Assembly: GCA_031459875.1 (NCBI GenBank)
Contig: JAVKHQ010000017.1
Coordinates: 1 to 64,000, forward strand
Source of the DNA: Candidatus Fervidifonticultor sextus
GTDB lineage: Bacteria > Sysuimicrobiota > Sysuimicrobiia > Sysuimicrobiales > Humicultoraceae
Length of the DNA stretch: 64,000 nucleotides
Reading direction: 5' to 3'
A program made the position numbers and the translations under genes. Position 1 is the first letter of the stretch, and the number at the start of each line of letters is the position of its first letter. The notes under the pieces were generated by a model, which was given only the letters and a program-made list of their open reading frames with translations, had not been told where the DNA came from and did no database searches. Shown piece after piece: positions 47,917 to 57,219 of the stretch.

Positions 47917-49733
47917 GACCCGAAAACGCCACCTACGCCTATGTCGGCGCCTTCACAGACGAACTGGCGCGCTGCGGGATCAGGCACCTCTGCCTGTGCC
48001 CGGGCTCGCGCTTGACGCCGCTGGCGCTCTGCGCGGCGCGCCACCCCGCCATCAGGGTCTGGACCCTGATCGACGAGCGGTCGGCGGCGTACTTCGCGGT
48101 GGGGATGGCCAAGGCGCTGCGGCTGCCGGTCGCGGTGCTCTCCACCTCCGGCACCGCCGCGGCCAACTTCCTGCCGGCCGTTGTCGAGGCGCGCTACGGC
48201 CGCGTCCCCCTGGTGGTGCTGACGGCTGACCGTCCCCACGAACTGCGGGATGCCGGCGCCCCCCAGACCATCGATCAGATCCGGCTCTACGGCGTGCACG
48301 CCAAGTGGTTCGTGGATGTGGCACCGCCGCAGGCCGCCGAGCCCATGCTGCGCTACGTGCGGGCCCTGGCCGGGCAGGCCGCGGCCATCGCGCAGGATGA
48401 TCCCGCGGGGCCGGTCCACCTGAACTTCCCGTTTCGTGAACCGCTGGTGCCGGTTGCGGCGCCGGAGGAACTCCCGCCGCCGGAGAACCGGGTCGGCGAT
48501 GCCTGGGAAGGTCGGGGAGCCGGGCAGCCATACGCGCGCGCACACGCGGGACGCAGGACGCCGGACGCGGAGACGGCGGCGGTGCTGGCGCGCAGCCTGG
48601 CGCGGGTCGGGCGCGGCCTGATCGTCTGCGGGCCGTATGACGATCCGGCATTTCCGGAAGCCGTCAGCCGTCTGGCCGCGGCGCTGGGGTACCCCGTGCT
48701 GGCCGACCCGCTCTCCCAGGTGCGCTGCGGGCCTCACGACCGGACCCTGGTCGTCGACGCGTACGATCCGCTGCTGCGGGTGGGCGAGGTGGCCGGGATA
48801 CTGGCACCGGAGGTCATCCTCCGCTTCGGCGGCACCCCGGCATCGAAGCCGCTCGTGCAGTACCTGCAGGCGCAGCCGCGCGCGCGACACGTGGTCGTGG
48901 ACGGCGCAGGCGCCTGGCACGATCCCACCCGCCTGGCATCGGAGGTCGTCCACGCCGATCCGGTGGTGCTCTGCCAGGCGGTGGCCGCGCTTCTGGAGTC
49001 CGGCGCCGCGCGCGCATCTGCCGCCCCGGCCTCGGCGTGGACCGCCCGGTGGCTGCGCCTGTCCGGGGAAGCGCGCCTGGCCGTCCAGCAGAGGCTGGGT
49101 GCCGTCTGTGAACCCTTCGAAGGGAAGGTCTTTGCCGAACTGGCCGGACTGCTCTCCGATGGCGTGCTGCTCTATGTGGGCAACAGCATGCCCGTGCGCG
49201 ACCTCGACTCGTTCTTCCCCAGCACGCCCGCGGCGATCCGGTTTCTCGGCAACCGGGGCGCCAGCGGGATCGACGGCCTGGTGTCGTGCGGCCTGGGCGC
49301 CGCGGCCTCGGGCGCCGGCCCCGTGGTGCTGGTCCTCGGCGACCTGGCGTTCTACCACGACCTGAACGGACTGCTGGCCGGAAAACTCCACGGTCTGGCC
49401 GCCACCATCATCCTGCTCAACAACGACGGCGGCGGGATCTTCTCGTTCCTGCCCCAGGCCGGCTACCCCGAGCACTTCGAGGCGCTCTTCGGGACGCCGC
49501 ACGGGCTCGACTTCCGCCACGCCGCCGAGATGTACGGCGCCGGATTTCGCCGTGCAGACACCTGGGAGGACTTCCGCCTCCATGTTCGAGACGCACTGGC
49601 CAGCGGGACGCTCTCGGTCGTCGAGGTGCGCACCCGTCGCGACCGGAACGTCGTGCTGCACCAGGAGGTGTGGGCCGCGGTGCGCGCCGCCGTCTGCGCG
49701 GACCTGGCGGCCGCCTCCGGAAAGGCTCCCTGA
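47913..49733 (+). CDS. menD: SEPHCHC synthase
   Basis: CPGSR.TPL, DERSA, TSGTAAAN, TADRP, GPVHLN.PFREPL, NRGASGIDG, GDL.F.HD.NG. Confidence 0.96.
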   Translation: MRPENATYAYVGAFTDELARCGIRHLCLCPGSRLTPLALCAARHPAIRVWTLIDERSAAYFAVGMAKALRLPVAVLSTSGTAAANFLPAVVEARYGRVPLVVLTADRPHELRDAGAPQTIDQIRLYGVHAKWFVDVAPPQAAEPMLRYVRALAGQAAAIAQDDPAGPVHLNFPFREPLVPVAAPEELPPPENRVGDAWEGRGAGQPYARAHAGRRTPDAETAAVLARSLARVGRGLIVCGPYDDPAFPEAVSRLAAALGYPVLADPLSQVRCGPHDRTLVVDAYDPLLRVGEVAGILAPEVILRFGGTPASKPLVQYLQAQPRARHVVVDGAGAWHDPTRLASEVVHADPVVLCQAVAALLESGAARASAAPASAWTARWLRLSGEARLAVQQRLGAVCEPFEGKVFAELAGLLSDGVLLYVGNSMPVRDLDSFFPSTPAAIRFLGNRGASGIDGLVSCGLGAAASGAGPVVLVLGDLAFYHDLNGLLAGKLHGLAATIILLNNDGGGIFSFLPQAGYPEHFEALFGTPHGLDFRHAAEMYGAGFRRADTWEDFRLHVRDALASGTLSVVEVRTRRDRNVVLHQEVWAAVRAAVCADLAAASGKAP

Positions 49734-50560
49734 TGCCCCGGCTTGTCATCGACGGCGTGGGCATCAACGTGGAGACGGCGGGGAGTGGACCGCCCCTCGT
49801 GCTGCTGCACGGCTTCACCGGCAGCGCGGCCGGATGGGCGTCGGAGGTGGAGGCCTTTGCGCCGTGCCACCTGACGATCGCCGTAGACCTGCTCGGCCAC
49901 GGGCTGTCGGACGCCCCGCCCGACCCGTCCCGCTACGGTCTGGGCTACTGCATCGAGGATGTGCTCGGCGTGCTCGACCGTCTGGGCATCCCCAGGGCCG
50001 CTCTGCTCGGCTACTCGATGGGCGGCCGGGTGGCGCTGGGGGTGGCCATCGCGGCACCGGAGCGTCTGACGGCGCTGATCCTGGAGAGTGTATCGCCCGG
50101 GCTGCGGGATCCCCAGGCCCGCCGCGAGCGGGCGGCCCGGGACGCGGCGCTGGCGGCCCAGATCGAGCGCGACGGGATCGAGGCGTTTGTGGCCCGGTGG
50201 GAGCAGCATCCCCTGTTCGCCAGCCAGGCGCGGCTTTCGGGCGACGTGCGGGCGGCGCTGCGCGACCGGCGGCTGCGCAACACTCCCGTGGGCCTGGCCA
50301 GCAGCCTGCGCGGGCTGGGAATGGGCGCGCAGCCGGCGATGCACGACTTCCTCCCCGACATCCGGGTGCCGACCCTCCTTCTGGCCGGTGCGCTGGACCC
50401 GCAGTACTGCGCGGTGGGCCGGGAGATGGCCGCGCGCATTCCGGGCGCGCGGCTGGAGATCGTGCCGGATGCCGGGCACGCGGTGCACCTGGAGCAGCCC
50501 CAGGCGTTCCGCCGGCTGGTCCTGGAGTTCCTCGCGAAGGTCGGACAGGTCACGCATTGA
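49733..50560 (+). CDS. menH: SHCHC synthase
   Basis: LHGFTG, DLLGHG, GYSMGGR, AGH.VH.E; men-cluster context. Confidence 0.93.
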   Translation: MPRLVIDGVGINVETAGSGPPLVLLHGFTGSAAGWASEVEAFAPCHLTIAVDLLGHGLSDAPPDPSRYGLGYCIEDVLGVLDRLGIPRAALLGYSMGGRVALGVAIAAPERLTALILESVSPGLRDPQARRERAARDAALAAQIERDGIEAFVARWEQHPLFASQARLSGDVRAALRDRRLRNTPVGLASSLRGLGMGAQPAMHDFLPDIRVPTLLLAGALDPQYCAVGREMAARIPGARLEIVPDAGHAVHLEQPQAFRRLVLEFLAKVGQVTH

Positions 50561-50572
50561 GGTGAGCGTCTG

Positions 50573-51403
50573 ATGCGGGTGGCATGGCGGAAGGTCCGCG
50601 AGTACACGGACATCATCTATGAACACGGCGAAGGCGACGCCGGGGGCATCGCGCGGATCACCATCAACCGGCCGGAGGTACGCAACGCCTTCCGGCCCGA
50701 GACGACGATGGAACTGATCGACGCCTTCACGCGTGTCCGCGACGAGGCGGCCGTCGGCGTCGTCCTCCTCACCGGCGCGGGCCACGAGGCGTTCTGCTCG
50801 GGCGGCGACCAGCGGGTGCGCGGCCACGCCGGGTACGTCGGGAAGGACCAGGTCCCCCGGCTCAACGTCCTGGACCTGCAGCGCCTGATCCGGACGCTGC
50901 CGAAGCCCGTGATCGCCGTGGTGGCCGGCTACGCCATCGGCGGCGGGAACGTGCTGGCGACGGTCTGTGACCTGACCATCGCGGCGGAGAACGCCATCTT
51001 CGGCCAGACCGGCCCGAAGGTGGGGTCGTTCGACGCCGGGTACGGCTCGGCCTACCTGGCGCGCATCGTGGGGCACAAGAAGGCGCGGGAGATCTGGTAC
51101 CTGTGCCGGCAGTACACGGCGCAGGAGGCCCTGGCCATGGGGCTGGTCAACGCGGTGGTTCCCCTGGATCGCCTGGAGGAAGAAGCGGTTCGCTGGGCCC
51201 GGGAAATCCTCGAGAAGAGCCCGCTGGCCATCCGCCTGCTGAAGGCGGCGTTCAACGCCGATACCGACGGCCTGGCCGGATTGCAGCAGATCGGCGGCGA
51301 TGCCACGTTGCTGTACTACATGACGGAAGAGGCCAGGGAGGGCCGCGACGCCTTCCTGGAGAAGCGCAAGCCCGACTTTACGAAGTTCCCCCGCTATCCG
51401 TAG
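50573..51403 (+). CDS. menB: 1,4-dihydroxy-2-naphthoyl-CoA synthase
   Basis: [42 protein letters not shown]. Confidence 0.97.
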   Translation: MRVAWRKVREYTDIIYEHGEGDAGGIARITINRPEVRNAFRPETTMELIDAFTRVRDEAAVGVVLLTGAGHEAFCSGGDQRVRGHAGYVGKDQVPRLNVLDLQRLIRTLPKPVIAVVAGYAIGGGNVLATVCDLTIAAENAIFGQTGPKVGSFDAGYGSAYLARIVGHKKAREIWYLCRQYTAQEALAMGLVNAVVPLDRLEEEAVRWAREILEKSPLAIRLLKAAFNADTDGLAGLQQIGGDATLLYYMTEEAREGRDAFLEKRKPDFTKFPRYP

Positions 51404-51409
51404 CGTCCC

Positions 51410-52369
51410 ATGCGCAGCGGTCCGACGTCCTTGCGCGGCAGCCCTCGGCCAGGCGCCGCAGGCGCCGCGCCCCGCGGAGCGCGGGACCGATGGCGGCCGT
51501 GGGTGCTGGCCGCCCGCATCCCCACGCTGCCCGCCGCGGTGGCGCCGGTGCTGGTCGGGACCGCGGCGGCGGCGGGCAGCGGGGCGTTCTCGGCCCTCCC
51601 GGCGGTCGCGGCTCTGGTCGCCTCGTTGAGCATCCAGATCGGCACCAACCTGAGCAACGACGCCTACGACTTCCTGCACGGCGCCGACAGGGCGGTGCGT
51701 CTCGGTCCGCCGCGCGCCACCGCCAGCGGCCTGCTCTCACCGAAGGAGGTGCTGACCGGCGCCTATGTGTGCTATGGGGTCGCCGCCCTGGCGGGGCTGT
51801 ACCTGGTGATGCTGCGAGGCTGGCCGATCCTGGCAGCGGGTCTGCTGTCGGTGGCCGCCAGCCTGGCGTACACCGCAGGCCCGTGGCCCCTGGCCTACCG
51901 GGGCCTGGGCGACCTCTTCGTCTTTATCTTCTTTGGGATCATCGGCACGGTCGGCAGCGACTTCGTGCAGACCGGCCTCGTCCGGCCCCAGGCGGTCTGG
52001 GCGTCCGTGGCGGTGGGGTTGCTGACGGTGGCCATCCTGGTGGTGAACAACCTGCGGGACATCGAGACCGACCGCGCGGCCGGGAAGCGCACCCTGGCGG
52101 TGCGGTGGGGCGTGCGTGGCACCCGTCTGGAGTACGCGGGCTGCCTGGCCGGCGCGCTCGCGGTCCCGGGGATCATGCGCGCGGTGGGGGTGCTGGGCGA
52201 CCGGTTCTGGCTGCCCTGGCTGGCGGTGCCACTTGCGGGCGTGCTCGCCCGCACGGTCCTCTGGCGCCTGGATGCGCCGGCGCTCAACCAGGCGCTTGGG
52301 CGCACGGCGCGGCTGCTGCTGCTCTACAGCGCGCTGTTGGCGCTCGCGCTCGTCCTCGGCGGGACATGA
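51410..52369 (+). CDS. menA: DHNA prenyltransferase
   Basis: R..TLPA, QIG.N..ND..DF..G.D, YT.GP.PL.Y.GLG, NNLRDI..D...GK.TLAV. Confidence 0.95.
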   Translation: MRSGPTSLRGSPRPGAAGAAPRGARDRWRPWVLAARIPTLPAAVAPVLVGTAAAAGSGAFSALPAVAALVASLSIQIGTNLSNDAYDFLHGADRAVRLGPPRATASGLLSPKEVLTGAYVCYGVAALAGLYLVMLRGWPILAAGLLSVAASLAYTAGPWPLAYRGLGDLFVFIFFGIIGTVGSDFVQTGLVRPQAVWASVAVGLLTVAILVVNNLRDIETDRAAGKRTLAVRWGVRGTRLEYAGCLAGALAVPGIMRAVGVLGDRFWLPWLAVPLAGVLARTVLWRLDAPALNQALGRTARLLLLYSALLALALVLGGT

Positions 52370-53877
52370 GCGACCGTCCCCCACCCGCCCTCACACCCGA
52401 CTGGCTTGGCCACCGCGCGTCGACCTACCCGGACCGTCCGGCGCTGGTCGCCGGCAGGACCCGCCTGACCTTCCGCGACCTGGACCGCCTGACCCGCAGG
52501 GCCGCCCAGCAACTGGCCGCGCTGGGCGTGGCCGAGGGGATGCGCGTGGCGCTCCTGCTGCCAGGCGGGGTGTCCTTCGCCGTGCTGACCCATGCGCTGG
52601 CGCGGCTGGGGGCCGTTATGGTGCCGCTGAACACGCGGCTGGCGCCTGCCGAGATCGCCTGGCAGGTGACCGACTCGCGGGCCGAGGTGGTGATCGGAGC
52701 CGACGGGATGGCCGATCCGGCCGGCGTCCGCACCGTCGGGCTCGACGCCCTGGCCGCCGCCCCCGACGCTGACGTCCCGCTGCGTGACCGCATCGATCTG
52801 GGCGCCCCTCAGGGGATCATCTACACCTCGGCCACCTCGGGCCGGCCCAAGGGCGTCGTGCTCACCTTCGGCAACCACTGGTGGAATGCCATGGCCTCGG
52901 CGCTCAACCTCGGCCTGCGCCGGGACGACTGCTGGCTGGCGCCGCTGCCGCTCTATCACGTCGGCGGTCTGGCGGTCCTGTGGCGCAGCGTCATCTACGG
53001 CATTCCCGCGGTCGTCCACGAGACCTTCGATCCCGAGGCGGTCAACCGCGAGATCGACGGCGGTCAGGTCACGCTGGTCTCGGTGGTCAGCACGATGCTC
53101 CAGCGCATGCTGGAAGCGCGGCGCGGCCGGCCGTATCCGCCGACCCTCCGGGCCGTCCTGCTCGGCGGCGGACCCGCGCCGCCATCGCTCATCGAGTCGT
53201 GCCTGGAGCAGGGCGTGCCGGTGGCGCCCACCTACGGGCTGACCGAGGCCGCGTCCCAGGTCGCCACGCTGCCGCCCGAACAGGTCGCGGCGCATCGGGG
53301 CTCGTCGGGCAGGGCGCTGTTCCCGGTCGAAGTGCGGATCGCGCCCCCCGGCGCGGCGGCGGACCGCGGCGGCTCCCCCGCGGAACCCGGTCGGGCCGGT
53401 GAGATCCTGGTCCGCGGGCCCACGGTGATGGCCGGGTATGCGGACCGGCCGGAGGAGACCGCGCGCGCCCTGCGCGACGGGTGGCTCCATACGGGCGACC
53501 TGGGCGCTCTGGACGAGGACGGGTACCTCTATGTGCTGGACCGGCGCGACGACCTGATCATCTCGGGCGGCGAGAACGTCTACCCGGCCGAGGTGGAAGC
53601 GGTCCTGGCCAGCCATCCGGCGGTGCTGGACGCCGCGGTCTTCGGCGTCGCCGATGCTGTGTGGGGGGAGCGCGTGGCGGCGGCGGTCAAACTGCGCCCG
53701 GGCGCATCGGTTCGTGAAGATGACGTTCGCGGGTTCTGCGCGGCGCGCCTGGCGCGCTACAAGGTGCCGACGCGGATCTGGGTCGTAGACGACCTGCCGC
53801 GGTCTCCCGCGGGCAAGGTGATGCGCCGGGCGCTGCGCGAGTGGGCCGAGGAGGCTGCGGCGCGGGAGCGATCATGA
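52366..53877 (+). CDS. menE: o-succinylbenzoate-CoA ligase
   Basis: YTSATSG.PKGV, LPLYHVGG, YGLTE..SQ, TGD.G, DRRDDLIISGGEN. Confidence 0.93.
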   Translation: MSDRPPPALTPDWLGHRASTYPDRPALVAGRTRLTFRDLDRLTRRAAQQLAALGVAEGMRVALLLPGGVSFAVLTHALARLGAVMVPLNTRLAPAEIAWQVTDSRAEVVIGADGMADPAGVRTVGLDALAAAPDADVPLRDRIDLGAPQGIIYTSATSGRPKGVVLTFGNHWWNAMASALNLGLRRDDCWLAPLPLYHVGGLAVLWRSVIYGIPAVVHETFDPEAVNREIDGGQVTLVSVVSTMLQRMLEARRGRPYPPTLRAVLLGGGPAPPSLIESCLEQGVPVAPTYGLTEAASQVATLPPEQVAAHRGSSGRALFPVEVRIAPPGAAADRGGSPAEPGRAGEILVRGPTVMAGYADRPEETARALRDGWLHTGDLGALDEDGYLYVLDRRDDLIISGGENVYPAEVEAVLASHPAVLDAAVFGVADAVWGERVAAAVKLRPGASVREDDVRGFCAARLARYKVPTRIWVVDDLPRSPAGKVMRRALREWAEEAAARERS

Positions 53878-54677
53878 GCCGCGATCCCGATCGCGAACCC
53901 GACCCTCGCGGCGCAGTGGACCGCGAGGCGGTCGGCGGCAGAGCCGGCATCCTGGCCGCGCCTCCGTCCGAGCGGCGCCTGTGGGTGCGCGAGGCGTTCC
54001 ACAGCATCGCCGGCCGCTACGACCTGCTCAACACGCTGCTGAGCGGGGGGCTGCACCTCCTCTGGAAGCGCGCGGCGGTTCGTGCGACTGACCTGGCGCC
54101 CGGCGGCGTCCTGGTGGACGTCTGCTGTGGGACCGGGGACCTCCTGGTGCTGGCCTCGCGTCTCCTCGGTCCGGTCGGCCGCACGGTGGGATTGGATTTC
54201 GCGCAGGGCATGCTGGCGGTCGCCTCCAGGCGTCTGCAGGTCGCGCGGCGGGGGGCCCCGGCGCTGCTCGTCTGCGCCGACGCGGAGGCCCTGCCGCTGG
54301 CGGACGCCACTGCCGACGCCGTCGCGTTCGCGTTCGGGCTGCGCAATGTCGCCCACCCGGAGCATGCCACGCGCGAGGCCTGCCGCGTCCTGCGGCCAGG
54401 CGGCCGGCTCGTCGTCCTCGACTTCGGCCGGCCCCCTTCTCCTGCCCTGCGGGTGGTCTACGACCTGTACTCCCGGACGGTGATCCCCAGGCTCGGGGGA
54501 TGGCTCTCGGGCCGGCGAGACGCCTACCAGTACCTCCACGATTCGATCCGGCAGTGGGCCGACCCCGAGACGCTGGCTGAGCTCATGCGTCAGAGCGGGT
54601 TCGACCGGGTGCGCTACCGCCTCCTGACGGGCGGTATCGCCGTGCTGCACGTGGGCGTCAGGCCTACCGGCCGATGA
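53874..54677 (+). CDS. menG: Demethylmenaquinone methyltransferase (UbiE/MenG)
   Basis: F.SIA.RYDLLN..LS.G.H..WK, D.CCGTGD, FGLRNV, AY.YL..SI. Confidence 0.93.
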   Translation: MSRDPDREPDPRGAVDREAVGGRAGILAAPPSERRLWVREAFHSIAGRYDLLNTLLSGGLHLLWKRAAVRATDLAPGGVLVDVCCGTGDLLVLASRLLGPVGRTVGLDFAQGMLAVASRRLQVARRGAPALLVCADAEALPLADATADAVAFAFGLRNVAHPEHATREACRVLRPGGRLVVLDFGRPPSPALRVVYDLYSRTVIPRLGGWLSGRRDAYQYLHDSIRQWADPETLAELMRQSGFDRVRYRLLTGGIAVLHVGVRPTGR

Positions 54678-55227
54678 CTTCGGCCACCTTCAGCCGCCCG
54701 CCGTCTTGCACCAGTTCGACGGTCACGAGGCGGGGCACGATGAACGTGGGCTTGAACCCGGTCCACACCGTCAGGTCCACGCTGGCCCCGCCGCAGCGCA
54801 CCTCGACCCGCTCGAAGCGGGCCTGCTGCAGGTAGGGCGAAAAGATCGCCCGGGCCGGCATCCCCGGATGCTCCAGGGTCTGCGTGTGCTCCCTGGTCGC
54901 CACGCCGGTGAATTCCCGCCAAGAGCGGCGATCCCAGTTCTGGGTCACGACGGCGATGTAGGCCATGGCGGCCTGCCGGGCGTCGTGCTGGTCTGGGCGT
55001 CTGCAGAGCATGCGGCTGCCGGGAAGCAGGAGCAGGAGGATCAAAGCCGCCCCGGCGACTCCCAGCGCCGTGTGCCGGGACGCCGGGTGCGACCGCGATG
55101 GACCCTCGGGCTCCTGGCGGACCACCAGCGTCTGGCAGCCCGAACAGAAGAACGCCTTTCGCGGCCGCAGCAGCGTCCCTTCGGCACCACATCGGGGACA
55201 GCGCACCGGGACGGTCATCCGACTCAC
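54664..55227 (-). CDS. Hypothetical zinc-ribbon membrane protein
   Basis: CPRCG...CSGCQ N-terminus, one TM, small C-terminal domain. Confidence 0.6.
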   Translation of the reverse strand: MSRMTVPVRCPRCGAEGTLLRPRKAFFCSGCQTLVVRQEPEGPSRSHPASRHTALGVAGAALILLLLLPGSRMLCRRPDQHDARQAAMAYIAVVTQNWDRRSWREFTGVATREHTQTLEHPGMPARAIFSPYLQQARFERVEVRCGGASVDLTVWTGFKPTFIVPRLVTVELVQDGGRLKVAEVIGR

Positions 55228-55239
55228 GGCCTCGCCCCA

Positions 55240-56331
55240 TCAGACGGGCAGGATCCGCACCTCCCGCGGCAGCAGGCTGAGTCGCTCGGCCCCCTGCGAG
55301 GTCACCACCACGATCTCCTCCAGCCGGACGCCGAACTCGCCCTCCAGGTAGATGCCGGGTTCGATGCTGAAGGCCATCCCCTCCTGCATGGGCGTCTCGT
55401 TGGTGTGGGTGACAGACGGCGGCTCGTGGCCGGAGATCCCGATCCCGTGCCCGGTGCGGTGGGTGAAGAACGCGCCAAACCCGGCGGCTTCGATCACCCC
55501 GCGCGCCGCCCGGTCCACGGCCGCCAGCGGCTCCCCGGGCTTCACCGCGTCCATGGCCGCCCGGACGGCCCGCTCCACGGCGGTGTGCACCTGGCGGTAG
55601 CGGGGCGAGGGTTCGCCCAGGTGGGCCATGCGGGTGATGTCGGAGGCGTAACCGTCCAGCCGCCCGCCCAGGTCCACCAGGACGGGCTCGCCCGCGCGCA
55701 GTTCCCGGCGGCCCGTCGCATGGTGCGGGTAGGCGGAATTGGGCCCGCCGCCGACGATGACCCCTCCCACCTGCGTCACACCCTGGGCCGCGAACGCATC
55801 GGCTGCGGCGCGCGCCACCGCGGCTTCGGTCACGCCAGGCCGGCACGCGGCAAAGGCGGCATCGACCGCGACATCCGCGGTGGCGGCCGAGCGGCGCATC
55901 AGGTCGATCTCGTCGGCGGTCTTGATCATGCGCACCGGGGCCATCACCTGGGATCCCGGGACGAAGGCGCTGTCCGGCCACTCTGCCTGCAGCAGGAGCA
56001 GGACGTCCGCCCGCATGGTGTCGCCGACGCAGATCCGCCGCGGCCGGCCCAGCCGCGCCCGCGCCTGCCGCAGGGCGTCGGCGGGTCCGTGGGCGTCGGT
56101 GTAGGTGAGGAACGGGACGTCCACGTAGCCGCGGGCCTGGCCGGCGTTCAGTTCCGGCACCAGGAAGACCGCGTCGCCGGCGGTGAGGAACAGGGAGCAG
56201 GGCCGTTCGTCGGGATGCGGGGTGAAGCCGACCAGGTAGAAGAGGTCGTCACCCGGCGGCAGGCTCAACAGGTCCACCCCCGCAGCCTGCATCTGGGCGC
56301 GGACGCGGGTCAGGCGGTCAGGGTGCATCAT
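55240..56331 (-). CDS. Xaa-Pro peptidase family (M24) protein
   Basis: R.IK..DEI, N.AYPHH, D.G...GY.SDITR, HRTGHGIG...HE, SIEPGIY..G.FGVRLE. Confidence 0.94.
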   Translation of the reverse strand: MMHPDRLTRVRAQMQAAGVDLLSLPPGDDLFYLVGFTPHPDERPCSLFLTAGDAVFLVPELNAGQARGYVDVPFLTYTDAHGPADALRQARARLGRPRRICVGDTMRADVLLLLQAEWPDSAFVPGSQVMAPVRMIKTADEIDLMRRSAATADVAVDAAFAACRPGVTEAAVARAAADAFAAQGVTQVGGVIVGGGPNSAYPHHATGRRELRAGEPVLVDLGGRLDGYASDITRMAHLGEPSPRYRQVHTAVERAVRAAMDAVKPGEPLAAVDRAARGVIEAAGFGAFFTHRTGHGIGISGHEPPSVTHTNETPMQEGMAFSIEPGIYLEGEFGVRLEEIVVVTSQGAERLSLLPREVRILPV

Positions 56332-56376
56332 GCGGGTCCTCCTCGATGGCATGCCGTCTGCACAGCCGCCTCCCCC

Positions 56377-57219
56377 CTACCCTTTCAACGCCCCCGCCAG
56401 CAGGCCCCGGAGAAAGTAGCGCCCCAGGAAGATGTACACCAGCAGCGTGGGGAGGGCGGCCAGCAGCGCGCCGGCCATCTGCACGTTCCACTCCACGATC
56501 TGGCTGCCGGCCAGGTTCTGCAGCGCGACGGTGATCGGCTGCCGGGCCGGGTTGTTGGTGATGGTGACCGCGAAGAGGAACTCGTTCCACACCGCCGTGA
56601 ATTCCCAGATCATCACGACGACGAAGGCGGGCACCGACAGCGGCAGCACCACATGGCGGTAGACGCCGAAGAACCCGGCCCCGTCCATCCGACCGGCCTC
56701 GACCATCTCGGTGGGCACACCCGCGTAGTAGTTCCGGAAGATCAGGGTCGTGATGGGGATGCCGTAGACGACGTGGACGAGGACGAGCCCGGCGATGGTC
56801 CCGTACAGGCGGACGCCCAGCAGGGTGCTGGTCCACTGCAGAAACTGCACCAGCGGGATCAGCACGCTCTGATAGGGGATGAACATGCCGAAGAGCAGCA
56901 GCGGGAAGAGCAGGTCGGCGCCCCGGAACTTCCACTTGGCCAGGACGTAGCCGTTGACGGAGCCCAGCGCCGCCGCCAGTACGGTGGCCGGGACGACCAG
57001 GGTGAGGCTATTGAGGAAGTTGGGCCGCAGCTTCTCGTAGGCGCGGCTGAAACTCTCGAAGGAAACCCCCGACGGCAGGTCCCACATCCGGCTCAGGCTG
57101 ACTTCCTGGAAGGTCTTCAGCCCGTTGATGACCAGCACGTAGACCGGCATGAGGTAGAAGAGGGCGAAGGCCGCGAGGACCGCGTAGAGGACCAGCCTCG
57201 CCGGCGCCACCCGCGGCAT
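56377..57219 (-). CDS. Carbohydrate ABC permease (MalG-like)
   Basis: [26 protein letters not shown]. Confidence 0.93.
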   Translation of the reverse strand: MPRVAPARLVLYAVLAAFALFYLMPVYVLVINGLKTFQEVSLSRMWDLPSGVSFESFSRAYEKLRPNFLNSLTLVVPATVLAAALGSVNGYVLAKWKFRGADLLFPLLLFGMFIPYQSVLIPLVQFLQWTSTLLGVRLYGTIAGLVLVHVVYGIPITTLIFRNYYAGVPTEMVEAGRMDGAGFFGVYRHVVLPLSVPAFVVVMIWEFTAVWNEFLFAVTITNNPARQPITVALQNLAGSQIVEWNVQMAGALLAALPTLLVYIFLGRYFLRGLLAGALKG

